Shown here in pieces: positions 12,601 through 26,229 of a stretch of 64,000 nucleotides of DNA. A model generated the notes under the pieces. That model saw only the letters and a list, made by a program, of their open reading frames with translations. It did no database searches and was not told the DNA's origin. The stretch is from Sphyrna mokarran (taxonomy: Eukaryota): positions 7,998,001-8,062,000 of the forward strand of contig JAGIQG010000035.1 in assembly GCA_024679065.1 (NCBI GenBank), given 5' to 3'. Position numbers and translations under genes: made by a program. Position 1 is the first letter of the stretch; each line of letters opens with the position of its first letter.

Positions 12601-13261
12601 TTTTGCACAAGATAAAAGGCACATTTGACCCCAATGCAACATGCTGTGTAACACCAGTTTCATTGTGTCCCCACCCCAAAAGTTGATGTCAAAAGCCATA
12701 TGGATTTCCAGAACACTTCAAGAAATGGACAGCTTCTTCAACAAGCACAGTTTCAGTCTTCAGCTAATGGCACAGATTCCATGATTTAATTCGAAACTTT
12801 TGTTTCTCAGGAGACATAAAGCAGTGGTCTACCTCAATGAAATTAATTGCTGCTACTTGAATGAATCTCATTGAAAGCCAAGGAACAAAATTCATCCAAG
12901 TGATCACCAGCTCTCCAGTTCCTATGTTGGTCACCTTGGCTCAATTGGCCAAAGATCTGAATGAAAATATGATGGGCAATATTTTCTTTTCACATTTCAA
13001 TCACTATTCTATTTACTGCATGCATTATGTTCCAAAATTGTAGATTTGTCAGTAAACATATGTATGGATTGTTTTTGAGTTAAGAAACACAAAATGACAA
13101 TTTTAATGATGATCCAGTTTAGTTTACTATTTAATACTATAAAATAATTGGGAACGTAACTGTCCAAATTCTTCTTTGCCTGTTATTTTGCTTTGCTATG
13201 CCGGAGAATAGAATAGAACAGATCCTATACATATGATTTAGAAAATCATATAGCCTTCATA

Positions 13262-13510
13262 AATAATACTGGAACACTAAAAATGCTAGAAATACTGAGC
13301 AAGTCAGGCACATATTTGAGGGGGAGTGGTGGGGGAGGGGGGGGGGGAGAGAGAGAGAGAGAGAGAGGGAGAAAGAGAGAGACAGACAGACAGACTGAAT
13401 GAATGCCATACGTAAAACATTAGCATTGTTTACTTCTTCACAAGTATGACTGCCAAACAACATTTCCTGGCTGATTTGATTTCCCCACTTATATCTGCAG
13501 TATTTAGTTT
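13262..13510. repeat. G-run/(GA)n microsatellite within degenerate inverted Penelope-type termini
   Basis: G-run plus (GA)n at about 13318-13395, flanked by aaatgctagaaatactgagcaagtcaggca and a degenerate inverse ending ctgcagtatttagtttt. Confidence 0.5.
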
Positions 13511-13511
13511 T

Positions 13512-13794
13512 TAAGTTTTATTTGTGTCACAAATAGGCTAACATTAACACTGCAATGAAATTACTGTGAAAATCCCCTAGTCACCACACTCCGGTGTCTG
13601 TTCAGGTACACTGAGGGAGAATTTGGCACACCAATGCAACTAACTAGCATGTCTTTTGTATTGTGGAAGGAAACCGGAGCGCCCGAAAGCCACACAGACA
13701 CGGGGAAAACGTGCAGATTCCACATAGTGACCCAGAGAATCAAACGTGGGTCCGTGATGCTGTGAGGCAGCAGTGTTAAGCACTGTACTGCCCC
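13512..13794 (-). mobile_element. V-SINE with alternative tail (...GTGTTAATGTAAGCCTACTTGTGACACTAATAAA type)
   Basis: tRNA head and V-domain on the minus strand; tail ttactgtgaaaatcccctagtcaccacact. Confidence 0.85.
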
Positions 13795-14011
13795 AACTTT
13801 GGCACAATGCTGGCCTAATTACAAAATGAAGCAGAGATTGTTGTCAACCTGATAATTCCGCATCTTGGAACACTCAATCTTAGAGATGTTTCCCATCTAA
13901 GCTTACACATGAAGATGAACGGCTTGGAGAGAGGTGCTAGATCACTGCCCAAGCTATCATACTTCAAACTAAACTAAATTACATACTTTAAATTTCTCAT
14001 CCTTTTGCTTA

Positions 14012-14323
<312 letters not shown>

Positions 14324-15384
14324 TTACCTGTGACACCAGAATCAAAGAAATGTTGTTGATTCTTAACTGTTCTCTGATATGGTCCAGCAAGACATTCAGC
14401 TCAAGGACAAGATGCACGAGCAACAAATGCTGACTTTGCCCCTCAGCAGTGTCCCAAATCCATGAAAGAATAAAGAGATAATCAGAGTTTCTGAAACTCT
14501 TCAAATTCCTTACTCCCCAACTTCCAATATCAGGAAGTTGGCATAATATCTGGAAAAATAGAGAACTGCTTTCCTCATTGAATCAGACCCAGCTATTTCC
14601 CAAGATTCAAAAATGTATTTCTTTATTTGGCCCTACATCTGTAGAGTTGGGAAGGACTGCAATATTAAAAATATTTACAGGGAATAAACAGCTGCTTTTG
14701 CTCTGCTCACATTACAGTATGACCAGTTTAAAGATAAATGACGAAAAATCCAATTTAATCAATCCTCACTATGCACACCGACATGTTTAAATCTTGCATT
14801 ATCAAAGTTATTCTGATATGTGAAAAACATTTACACTTCAGTGTACTAGAAATTCAGGTTAACTTTTCCATACTGAAGCCCATAGACTAGAAAACTTAGC
14901 GTGGAGCTATCAAGACAGATGCTGAAATCCATTAACAAAGCAAATCTTTAATATATAGACTGTTGAAATAGCTATTATGAAAATGTCTTAAGACTTTACA
15001 CTTAAGATATTCAATCAACGTAGGACAGTAACAAAGCTAACATCAAACTATATCACAAAACAATTAGAATATTTTCTGAAGGACCAGCAATCCAAAATGT
15101 TCTGTTCACTCCAAAAGCACCGACTGATCTGCTACGGTTCTAGCATTTTTTTGAGTACACACTTTCTGGCATAAGCCAAGGGGGAAAAAAAATGATGTGC
15201 AACAGATCAGAGGCTGCAGAATTACCAGTCTCATATGTTCATATATCAGCCTACAGAAAGGCCTCTATAACGAAGGTTTGGACTTAACACCAACGAAGCA
15301 TTAAATACTCAGAATAGCAAGAGCAAGTCCAGCTAAAACCTTTGTAAATTATAACCACTGCCAAGTCTCTCATCATATGAGTAT

Positions 15385-15925
15385 ATGTAGGGGGATTACC
15401 ATTCACCAGATGTTTTATCTACCCACATCTGCACAATGGCTATAAGAGCAAGGATTGGGCAGGATAAGTGGCTTGCTTCATAACCCATAAGACCTCACCA
15501 GCATCTACAAGGTTCATGTCAGAAGTGTGAACAACTTCAGTAGGGCAACTGCAGCTCCAATATGTTGTACAAAGAAACTTGCTTGAACGCCTGCCACCGT
15601 GCTCAATATCTCCTCTCCATAAGTAGTATGTATTGCAGCTGTAAGTACAATCTGTGATGCACTATAGCAATTCAAGTTACTTCAACAGTTCCCTGCAAGC
15701 TAATGACGAAGTATGAACATGATCAAATTCACACACTATCCAGATTTGGATATAAAGTCATTCTTTCAAAGTGTTCAGATCAACATTCCAGAATTTAACA
15801 CCAAACACCACTGTGGAACACCTCAAGGGTTTCAGTGGTTCAAAGAGGAACTAGCCACTTGCTTGAAACAACTAGCAATGAGCATACAGTCTTGCCAGCC
15901 TTACTCATGCACTAAGAACAAAAAA
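15385..15925 (+). mobile_element. Old non-LTR retrotransposon 3' fragment (clade not assigned)
   Basis: ggctataagagcaagg...catctacaaggttcatgtcagaagtgtga resembles the relic at 54420-55290. Confidence 0.55.
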
Positions 15926-17769
15926 AACTTCCTCCATAGCCAAGTCAATAGGTGCACTAATCAGTACCAAAGCTACTCAGACCTGCAAATCGTACCTGGA
16001 CACATGTTCCTAAGTCTGCACTTGAGACAAGATGGGTGAAAATGGGAATGGAAAAGTTTTATATTTTGTGGTCTCACTAAAATTTACCACAACATGACCC
16101 AATATAAAGCCAATCACCTGTTATATACACTGCCCAGAAGACATCCAACTATCCTGCCAACTCACATTTCAGACAACTCATGTCACTTAATATTGCTTTT
16201 AATCAACATTTTTTTTCAGAAAACAATTTGGCAATACATTTTTGCAGCACATTGCAATTAACAGTTAAAACTTTGAATTCAGAGATTGTTACGCTTAAAA
16301 CAGATTATGCATTTGTGAAGTTATTTGCCATAAGCTAGTTTTATATCAGATAATGCTGCAAACACGTACTTATTTAAATATAGTCATAACAATTTTACAA
16401 GTGTTGTAATATCAAATTATTTACTCAAGTATTATTTACCAAAATTTCAGTAAAAATGCAAAACTAGATTGTTCAAATCTGCACAATGCTGCACTGACAT
16501 AAAAACAACATTGAATTGCTTTTCGTAAGTGTTATTACGAGAATGTACAAAAGCTAGCCTGGCCTATCCAAGCATGAGTTCGTAAATAATCTCAAAGTAG
16601 CTCAGCAATTAGATCTTGTGGTTTTAAAGTGACATACCTACACCAGAATTGCAGAATACTAGAATTTACTGTGAAGTATAAATCAGCATTCCTCCAAAAC
16701 AAATGAGGGCAGTTCCAAAAAAATCATTATCTTCTTAGTAGAATTTGACAACATATCTAAAAGTCACATTTGCTTCTATTGTTAGAAAGTTATGGGAGGA
16801 CAATGATCCAGACTTCCCATTAGTGCAGCACTGTTTTCACCAGTCCACTAGCCAGTGTATCCCTCAAGGCCATTTTATATTGCTGCAGCTCCCACTCTTA
16901 ATATTGTATTCCCTGTAACTGCGATCTCCACTGGTTAGACGCACAGTTTCTATTCCTGTATTGAATCTCTGATTGAGTAAAGAGGCAGAGTCAGAGGCTC
17001 TGGATTCAAGTTCCACTCTAGAACTGGGGATGGCCACAGAAGCTGCGTTTATCTTGTGGCCAAACAGGTTGCTTATCAGCCTACAACTCCTTCCAATATA
17101 CTTGATGCTTGGCAGTAAGGACAAGAAAGTCTCCTGGTCAGTCGGAATCTACAGAAGGTAACATTAAAACACTGCAGTCTTTTGCCAAACATAAACACAA
17201 GACCAGTGTGTATTGCTGCTGATGCCCTTAGGGCACAGTATCTGAGGAGAGAATCTCTGCTTTAGGTCACCAGAACCACGATCATGTAAGCTCAAATCTT
17301 TTATCTAGCTGCCAGTACTCAGCAATAGTATTGTAACAGCTTTAAATAATACATCAGTGCAATATATCTAGTGCAGCAAAACTACTGAAACGCCATGATG
17401 AAAAAAGAGAAATTTTAAAAGAGAAGTTGAAAAATAAGGTAACTAAATAAAATATGCTTACAACCAGTTTGGAAAAGTTACGCAAAGACACAGTAGACAA
17501 GCTGAGCCTTGTGAAAATTGTGTGGCTGCAAGACACGAACAAAATTGAAGTGAAAGACCAACAAGCATATATGAAGAATGATCCAGAAATAAACATCAGG
17601 AGGTTTGAAAAATACAGAAAATAAGGTATTTGTAGAAGTGGCTAAAAACATCCCAAATCATTTTGCAGGAGCATAGCCAGGCAAATAATGAGACAACCAA
17701 AGGGAGGTATATCTGATGGCCAGAGTTTTGGAATAGTGGCTGCTTTTAAGCGGTTTTTTTAAAAAAGGG

Positions 17770-20350
17770 AAAAGATGGGGTCACATGATGCAAGTGTCAG
17801 AACAGTCCTGATTCTGCATACTCTGGCACTGCTCATTTTAAAACTGTTTACCCTGATGCACAGCTCATAATCACATTATCTTAGAGTGTACACTCAGTGC
17901 TGTGTCCTTGGAACATATTTTGAGGAGTATTAATGATAGAGTACAGAGTGTCATCAAGAAAGTTTGTGATAAAGGAGCAGTTGGAGGTACCCAGGCAGAG
18001 CTGAGCCCTCAACATGGCAACCTGGCTGGGGAGCAAGCTTTGGTGCTCTCAAAAGTACTGCAAGAGATGACTGCAAACAAAGTTATAAATGACAAACTCT
18101 ATTTGAACAGTGAACCTCAGTTGGATGAACTGAAGAACACTGGTCAGAGGCTCAGTGAGGCAGAAGATAGAATGAGGCAGAAGATTAAATTCTCAATATT
18201 GAAAATGCTGCTTCTTTGACTGCAGGTTCGACTGCAATCCTTAGAAAATCAGCTACCTCATATGTCAGGTATCCAGATTTAGGGAACAAAAGGGCCCTGA
18301 GAAAAATATCCCTCTGATTGGTTTTCCAGACAACTGAAGGCAGGTTCCTAATTAAATTTTTTAAGGATAGCTGCAATGTTTTTTAAATTACAACACAAAA
18401 GCAGGCTGAATCAAGCGTGAAGGGGCACATTTTATCCCATCTGCAAAGCTCAAGTATAACCAATGTTTACCACCTATCATTGTATGTTTCTATCACTTCA
18501 GGATCCACGAGAGTTTGAGGTTGTTAGGCATGGTGGGACTTGGCTCAATGACAGGGTGAAGGTCTTGTTTTTCCACGACTTCTCAGTACAGCAAAAACAA
18601 AGATTTCAACACCGTCAGGAAGCATTTGAAGAATTTTGGAAGATTTTAGTATGCCCTGCACTATTCCGAGGGTGACCTTTGAAGGGTCTGTTAGGGCATT
18701 TGAAGAACCTGCAGACTTCAGCTTTCTCAAAAGTGAAAATCAATGATTGAGTCCTTCTTAACCTTGTACGGTACCACCTGTATTTTCTTGTGTCGATCCT
18801 ACATTTGCCTTTTCACATTGATGGGGACAATCCTGTGACTGAGCCACAAGGTGAAATTGTTTAGAGTCACATTCTGCAGCTATTCGTTAATCCTTGAATA
18901 TTTCCTCCAATTGCATTTTTAAAAATTGATTCTGCTACGTGATTTATCACATTTCTTGGGGCAATCCTATGAGTGAGCGTGCTAGCAAATTTTCACTATA
19001 TCCTGGTAAGTCCAAAGACATCCTGTACTTGTTCTTTCATCTCTTTATTGGTCTGTTATATGATTTACCCATTGATAGAGGAAGTCCTGCAAGTGCTAGC
19101 AAACAGGCACTTATTGTCCTGATGTGGAAGCAAATTTCACCAACTATTTTGTTTAGACTTATTAACGTATCCCCTGTAATTTCATCTCAATTGATCCTGG
19201 TACGTAATTTATCACGTTGATAAGGGGCAATCTTGCGTGAATTTTGGCTTGTTTTCTTGATACACCCAGAAATTTTCATTTATCTTAATGGAATGTATTC
19301 CACAACATACTTCTTGTTCCTAAGGAATATGTTGTGTAGGTTGTACAGTATTAGAGCTGTGCAATTACTTACTTTCTCTTGTAATCCTGGTGCACACATA
19401 CAGTGGATTTTTCACCCAATACCTTTATTTCAATCATGATTAATATCAGTGTCATGGCAGGGAGGTGGGCAAGTGGGTACGATCCAATGAGTGGATGAAG
19501 GAAACCCTCCTAGAGGTCATGGGTAGTACATTTAGTGTTACAGAATATTTGATGACCTCCTGTTATAGTACAAACAGGCTATATCCTGTTTTTAATTGAC
19601 CCAGCGTGCAAAGGGGAGTTTGAGATTTGCCAAGCAAAAGTTACATGAATTTTGGATAAACATTAGGTTTTTCTTATTAGGCTTTTCTTATTAAGAAGGA
19701 ATAAAACTCAAATGATGGGCATTGAGGTGGTTTAGGGCAGAAAGCTTACAAGAGCTTTTATGCCAATTTGTATTGGTGAGGCCTTCCAGTTTGATTGCTT
19801 GTATTTAATACTGGGTCTCTCAGACAAAAGCATCAGTGTGAATGAGAACAGGCTGTACAAAATCCTATCATTTGCAGCATGGAGAAAAATCTTTTGCTCG
19901 TGGATTAGTAATAGGCCCCCTTCAATTCAGAATTGATGTAAAATTATTCTGGAATGTATACCAATGGAATTCTTGACTTCTTTATTTTGAATTAAATTGG
20001 ATACATTCAGTAAAAGTAAGGGACTCTATCTTAAAGTTCTTGGCTCTACATTGCCGAGTTTATTCCTACAAGGTTTTCCACAAGTTTTACAGCTCTGTTA
20101 CTGTTATCCTGCAAGCTTGGTTGTACACTGAAGAACCAATAATGGGTGTATCCTGATCTTTGGATATATATTTTATTACTTGCATAGTGGGAAGCACAGG
20201 ATACAAATAATCTGAATCAACTGGATTGATAACTTTCGTTCTTTTCCCTCTTCCTACATGGCCTTGTTTGAAAACGTTCTTGCAGTACTGTACCAATCTG
20301 AGAGTTTGTTGCGTGATTGTATGAAGTTTCTGAGGATTTTAAATAAAAGA
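17770..20350 (+). mobile_element. Highly degraded L1/Tx1-like LINE (ORF1 coiled-coil/RRM relic plus ORF2 remnants)
   Basis: ORF fragments LDELKNTGQRLSEAEDR and FLSLQD..VVR..DRVKVLFFHDFS resemble L1 ORF1; A-rich end aaataaaag at about 20341. Confidence 0.6.
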
Positions 20351-21119
20351 GGGAGAAGTGAGTATTTGAGAGTAACCAATGCACTTCACTAAATTCATTT
20401 CATTATAACAAATGTAGCACACTAACACACAAATATTTTAATCATATATTTGATGGAAGTTTTATATCAGTGGTTTTCTTGAAGAAAACATCTTCCTTTC
20501 CAAACTCATGTTAAATACATCTCTAGAGCAGAACTGTTTACCATTACAACAAATTAAGAATTATCATGTGCCATGTGCATTTATTTGCTCTGACGATGCT
20601 AGCAGGACATGAATAATTGAGTGTTACGAATACCTTCCATGCTGTGTCTGTCAACACCTCTAATATCTTAGACTAGAAAGCTCATATATATACCTAGAAT
20701 GCACAAAACATTCACTCCAAGGTCTCAACACACCTTGGCAATTGAAAAGATGTTTGTTCCCACCAGCAGGAAAGCCTATTCTAAAATAATATCCTTGCAC
20801 ATTTCTATTCCACACCCATCCCCACCACAACCTTTCTGGCAACCATTCTAAGCTTCCCCCCACCTCATAGCTTGCACGAGCATAAAATAATTCATCTGAG
20901 AAAGACATACACGCTTGCTTGGTACTGCTGCTCAGGCTCATGAGCTTGCCACGTGGTGAATCACGAGGCAACCTTTTAACTCCATCAAAGTGATGCAGCA
21001 GATGCACCAGATCACAATCCGTCTCAACAGACAGTAGTTGAGACTTTAGTAATGCATTTTTTAATAAAATTTTAATTTTCTATGAGGCCCTAAATTGGGT
21101 TATTATACTGGAACTAAGA

Positions 21120-21355
21120 TTCTTGCCTTTGTATATCTTCAAGGTATTACTTTTGAATTGCAGTCACTATTATGTAGGAAAATACGGCAATTTATTTGTT
21201 GCATCCCACGAATTGTGAAGTGTGATATTTGATTACAGGGACCGGAGAAACTCTGGTCTTCAAATGCAATCTTTTATATTTAACCATCTCAACTGAAGAC
21301 AGTGTTTCCAATAATCCACCAACGCCTCAATATTACAAGAGGAATCATGGGCTGA
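21120..21355 (-). mobile_element. DeuSINE (SacSINE1/AmnSINE-like) fragment
   Basis: tacttttgaattgcagtcactattatgtaggaaaatacggca...catctcaactgaagacagtg resembles the copy at 24575-24980; cut off by the adjacent Rex1-like LINE. Confidence 0.6.
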
Positions 21356-21361
21356 AGCTTT

Positions 21362-22665
21362 TTGGTTTATTATTGTCACAAACGTGTAGTAAAAAGTATC
21401 TTTTCTTGAGCTATAGACGAAGCATACTATACATAGAGGAAATAAGAGAATGAAAAATGTAGTATTATAGTCATAGCTAGGGTGTAGAGAAAGATCAACT
21501 TAATGTGAGGTAGGTCCATTCAAAAGTCCGATGGCAGCAGTTAAGAAGCTGTTCTTGAATCAGTTGGTACATGACCTCAGACTTTTTTTAAAGTCTTTTT
21601 CCCAACGGAAGAAAGTGGAAGGCAGAATGTCAGGATTGCTTGATTACGTTGGCTGCTTTTGAGGCAGCAGGAAATATAGACAGTGTCAATGGATGGGAAG
21701 CTGTGTTGAGTGATGGACTGGATTTCATTCATGACCCTTTTTCATTTATTGCAGTCTTGGACAGGGGAGGAGCTGTGATACAACTGGAAAGAATGCTTTC
21801 TATAAAGTTGGAGAGAGCTGTAGTTGTAGTCATGCCAAATTTCCTTAGTCTTCTGACAAAGTAGAGGCATAGGTGGGCTTTCTTAAGAACTGATTCCATT
21901 TGGAGGGTCCAGGACAGGTCGTTGTTGATCTAGACAACGAAAACCAAGCCCTCAACCATTTCTACTTTGTCCCCATTGATGTAGATAGGGGCATCCCTTT
22001 ACTGTGCTTCATGAAGTCATTCTCCTTCGTTTTGTTAGGCATTGAGGGAAAAATTGTTGTCGTTGCACCAGACTCTTTTTCCTGGGTCTTGTCTTTGTTT
22101 GAGATCCAACCTAAAATGGTGGCATCATCGGTAAACTTAAAAATTGACTTTATAGAGGGGAATTTGGCCATAAAGTCAACAGCGTGTAAAGAGTATGGTA
22201 AGGGGCTAAGGACACAGCCTTGCAGGGCACTGGTGTTGAGGATGATCGTGGAGATGGTGTTGCTGCCTATTCTTACTGGTTGCAGTCTGTGGGTTAGGAA
22301 CTCTAGGATGCAGTTGCAGAGGGAAGAACCAAGCCCCAGACCACGAAGTTTGATGAGTCTCATAAGAATAATGGTATTAAAGACTGAGCAGTAGTCTACA
22401 AATAGGAGTCTGACATAGGTATCTTTGTTATCTAGATATTCCCGAGTTGAGTACAGAGCCAGAGAGATGGCATCTGCTGTGGACCCACTGCGGCAATAGA
22501 GGAATTGTAGTGCATCCAGGAAGTCTGAAGGCAATAACTGATTTGCCTTTCAAAGCACTTCATAATGATGGATGTCAGAGCCACTGGATGTTAAGGTACC
22601 ATGATAATGGTCATCATCTTGAAGCAGGTAGGGATCTCAGATTGGTGTAAAAGAGGTTGAAGATG
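21362..22665 (-). mobile_element. Rex1/Babar-clade LINE, 5' truncated and degraded
   Basis: ORF 21962-22534 has [18 protein letters not shown]...[19 protein letters not shown]...[11 protein letters not shown]...KFTDD; tail GTGACAATAATAAA on the minus strand. Confidence 0.88.
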
Positions 22666-23490
22666 TATTCTTGGCTTTTGCTCTGTCAAGACAAACTGAC
22701 ACTTATAATAGGTTTAATTTTAATTGGAGCCATGGGGCTTTTACAGTTAGCTTCAAATCACTGATCAAGGATTTCCAATATTTGCTGACCATTCAGTGAC
22801 TGCTGCATATTATGGATTTCATATAAAGGAAGGAAAAGTTACCCCCCCCCCCACACACTCATGTCTCTACTTGGTCAAGTTGCAGTTACCAAGCGCACTC
22901 AAAATAGGTGGCTGGTGAGGTAAGAATGTAGTCATAATTCAACAAATCACTGACCAGAAACTGACCACTACAAGGAAATTCATCAGGGTTTCTTTCTTCA
23001 AAAAAAAGTCAAATTTCTAAATTGCATCCATCCTCTCGAGGCAAAGTCAGTTACAGGGGAAACTTCAGCTGATGTCAATCTTGAGCCTGTTGCACATTCA
23101 TATTGTCATGAAGCACCAAGCCTCTACTTGTCAACTTCTAACAACATCAGAAAATTGAAGTGCAATTTCATGTTCTTCATCAGCCATTGGGAAAAGGCAG
23201 TGGACACTAGGTACTTCCCTTGCAAGGCAGGAGCTACAGCAAGGCTGCATGCAAGATATTATGGGTGAGGAAACAAGAATCAATGGCAGGATAGATCAAA
23301 GTGGCTTATTCGCATTTTGTGGAGGGAAAAGCTGTGAGCAGGGAACATGCACAGGTGATGGAGAGAAGTGGGAAAGGGTGCAATGAATACTTATTTAAGT
23401 TTAAATTTGATAATTTCAGATTTTTCTGTAAACTTTCGCTGGTAAAAATAAAGCAAATGGGTAAATTCAAAAGGAAAGCAGGCAACTTAC

Positions 23491-23775
23491 AGGCAGGTTT
23501 AGCTTCACAGCATCCACAGGCTGTTGGAAAGGCCAAGCAAACTGATGTTTCCATATCGTCTTCAGGAGCACTTTTGACAGGAACTGCAACTGATTTGTCA
23601 GCCGTTTGGATCGATTAGGGTTGGATGTTTCAGGAGGGGGTGGATTGCCAATAGCATTACTTGGTTGTTGGGGTTGGGCTTGTGACTGTGTTGAAGACAT
23701 TTGTGTGCTTTCTAGGCCATCCCCCATCGCTGGTAGTTTTCTTAGTCTCTTCCCTGGACCACTTTCACTCGACAT
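23491..23775 (-). CDS. brd4: BET bromodomain protein BRD4, first coding exon (95 codons; N-terminus and start of BD1)
   Basis: Translates [23 protein letters not shown]...[36 protein letters not shown], a BRD4-type N-terminus with the WPF shelf. Acceptor tttcattgcag lies 34 nt upstream of the ATG (exon starts 23809); donor GTAAGT at 23490. Confidence 0.96.
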
Positions 23776-23789
23776 ACCATTGATCCCAT
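23742..23789 (-). promoter_or_regulatory. Out-of-frame uORF overlapping the brd4 start ([15 protein letters not shown])
   Basis: acaATGg context 14 nt upstream of the main ATG, with a second in-frame ATG; 15 codons ending at TAA 23744-23742, inside the CDS. Confidence 0.6.
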
Positions 23790-23809
23790 TGTAGACCTCA
23801 CCTGGTAAC
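23776..23809 (-). other. brd4: 5' UTR portion of the first coding exon of brd4
   Basis: 34 nt between the pyrimidine-tract/CAG acceptor and the initiator ATG; implies an upstream non-coding exon outside the window. Confidence 0.8.
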
Positions 23810-24574
23810 CTGCAATGAAAAGAAAGTGGAATTAAAGACTTGACATTCTATGTCTATTAGATACCCAAGGCAAACTTTTAATGAATCTCCATACATTTGG
23901 CCTAGAAAGAGGTATTAATGAATTAGCCATCTAATATCAGGAACCTAGATGCATCACCAGGCACTGTAGTTTCAGGAATTAAAAAAATGCCAATTGCTCA
24001 AAATATGGCTTAAGTGCCAGCTCTTACGTTTACACCCAAAAAGATAGCAGTCTTACTTAATTTTGGCGTTCTGTACACACTGCTTGTAACTGAACATGTC
24101 ACCTGTCTCTCCAGGATTGCCCAGGTATTCCATCTATAGTCAACTTATGTCATCACTGGAAGTACCACACAGAACGAGGTGCTGAGGAAGGCAGTTAAAA
24201 AAATGCCTGCAGCTTTCTGCCCTAATGAAACTTTTGCTTCGTGGAACAAATAGCTTTTGGTAAAAAGGGAGAGGAGGCCATTTGCTTCTCTTGCCCCAAA
24301 GGAAAGTGGACACATCTTCATTCATTCTCCACTGAACAATTAAAACAGCATCTATATACGCAAGCATACGCAACTGGCCAACCACAGTAAAAGAGCATTT
24401 AACGACATTAACATGTACAGAATTACATTACTCAGTCAATATTTAATGATAAAATGGAGCCACTAGTCCAGAAGTCATGCTATCATATTGTTTATTAATC
24501 ATTTGACAAAACTGATAGTACAATGGTGTAATATAGTATTATGCACATTGGGTACGTCCTTGAAACAAAGACAA

Positions 24575-24980
24575 GTATTTATTTTACACCTTCCACAATC
24601 ATAGAATGTTTTAAAGCCAATGAAGTAATATCGAAGTCTGTTTATTATTTTAATGTAGAAAATACAGCAGCCTAAGTTGCACACAGCAAATTTCCACAAA
24701 CAGAAGCACGATAATGACCAAGTAATGCGTTTTTACAGATGTTGAATGAAGGACAAGTATTGGCCCAGTGTGCAAGGGATAGTTCCTTTATTCTTCAAAA
24801 TAACATTGCAGATTATTTTTTAAGCAGTCATACCAAGGGACAGAGAGCTTCAATGTAATGTCTCATCTGAAAAATGGCACCATCAGTGCAGCAAATCATG
24901 CTTTTTTGCTTCTGGGGTGGAACTTGAATCGACAATCGTCTGACTGGGAGGCAAATGCACTATCAACTGAGCCACAGCTA
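24575..24980 (-). mobile_element. DeuSINE (SacSINE1/AmnSINE-like), near full length
   Basis: Minus-strand head tagctgtggctcagttgatagtgc...cagtcagacgattgtcgattcaagttcc; central gatggtgccatttttcagatgagacatt; tail tgctgtgtgcaacttaggctgctg...ttcattggc. Confidence 0.75.
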
Positions 24981-25199
24981 ATAATTAGGACAGCAATAGG
25001 ATATTTTTACACAATGGAATTCCATCCTGTTCTCCCTTGCTTGATATTAGAGTTAGCAAGCCTTTTCAAGAAATAACAACAGAATCATGTATGTCTGATA
25101 AGTAGTATCCATAGATGAGGAAACTTATTTTGCTATATTAGTGGGGAGAACTGGGGAAAGGATCTGATGTCTCTTTAGGACAGGAATAGCATAAAGACA

Positions 25200-26229
25200 C
25201 TCATCCAAAGCAGGAACCGTACAACTACAACTGCCTATGAACAGCACTGTGAAAAACATAAGTTCTTACCCATTTTAACAGTGCTGAAACAAATTCCTGG
25301 AAGAGCTCAGGAGAATTTGAAGGCAATAAAATGGTGATCCAATTAGAAGTAGCAGTGTAAAAAAGGATGGTTACTAAGCAATGGGAATGAAATTGCATTC
25401 ACATGGGACTGTGCCTTAGTAGCATTAATATGGTGGGGTGGGGAGGGCTGTAATATAATAGTATCAGTATGGTGTGGGGGGTGATGGAGGTAGACAAAAA
25501 TACTGTAAAGCAGGTGGAATTGCGCAATTCCTATTCCTCCCTTCCGGCAGTGTGAAGCAAGCTGTTGTTCAAATCATAATGTACTTCAACTCGTGACTGG
25601 AGAATTGCAATTATACACTAATGAATATACATGGTGCAATTCACTCAAGACTATTAACTTTAAAAAAGAAATTCAAACTCCCAGTTATTAATTGAAAGTA
25701 ACTGCATTACAAAACTTCATGTTTTAAACCAAAAAAACTGCAGAAGAAATAAACAGGTACACAACATGCTTTATAAACTCTTATAACGTGAAATCCAAAA
25801 TCTCTTCAGGCCACTTCCTGTTCTGTTTCTGATTCTACCCAGATGTTCTTTTCGTCATTACATGATTTTAAGGATCCTCAGGATCTTCTCCTGGATCAAA
25901 GCCAAGTGTGCCACAGGAATTTAGTTTGACTCTTCTCAGTTTCCAAGTCTGCCACTTAAGACTCCCAGAGCTCACTTTGTCTGCGATGCGTCTAGCGTCA
26001 ATCAATCCTTCTGCCAGCTTTACCAGGAAGATCTGATGATATTAATTCCTCGTGCATTTAGACTTTACATTCCAAGCATGGACCCCTCTGCCTAGGAAGA
26101 GCACGATGAAAGACAAGCTCTAACTCATTTTACCAGCCCTGAAATAAACATTCCCTGGAAGAGCGCTTAGGAAATTTGAAGGAAATAGAATGGAGATCCA
26201 ATTAGAAGTTGCAGAATAAAAAATGGTTT
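25200..26229. repeat. Diverged direct repeat of about 160-170 bp (about 25200-25373 and 26065-26229)
   Basis: cctggaagagctcaggagaatttgaaggcaataaaatggtgatccaattagaagt versus cctggaagagcgcttaggaaatttgaaggaaatagaatggagatccaattagaagt. Confidence 0.8.

Noticed and set aside
23301-23794. Plus-strand ORFs 23301-23618 and 23606-23794
   Set aside because: Antisense to the first coding exon; no homology recognised.
24095-24385. Possible 5' UTR exon or ORF 24140-24385 just upstream of the first coding exon
   Set aside because: Only weak acceptor (ttgttcag) and donor (CAG|GTGACA) matches; insufficient support.
26030-26145. C/D-box-like words (TGATGA...CTGA)
   Set aside because: On the strand antisense to the host gene and without a terminal stem; not a credible intronic snoRNA.
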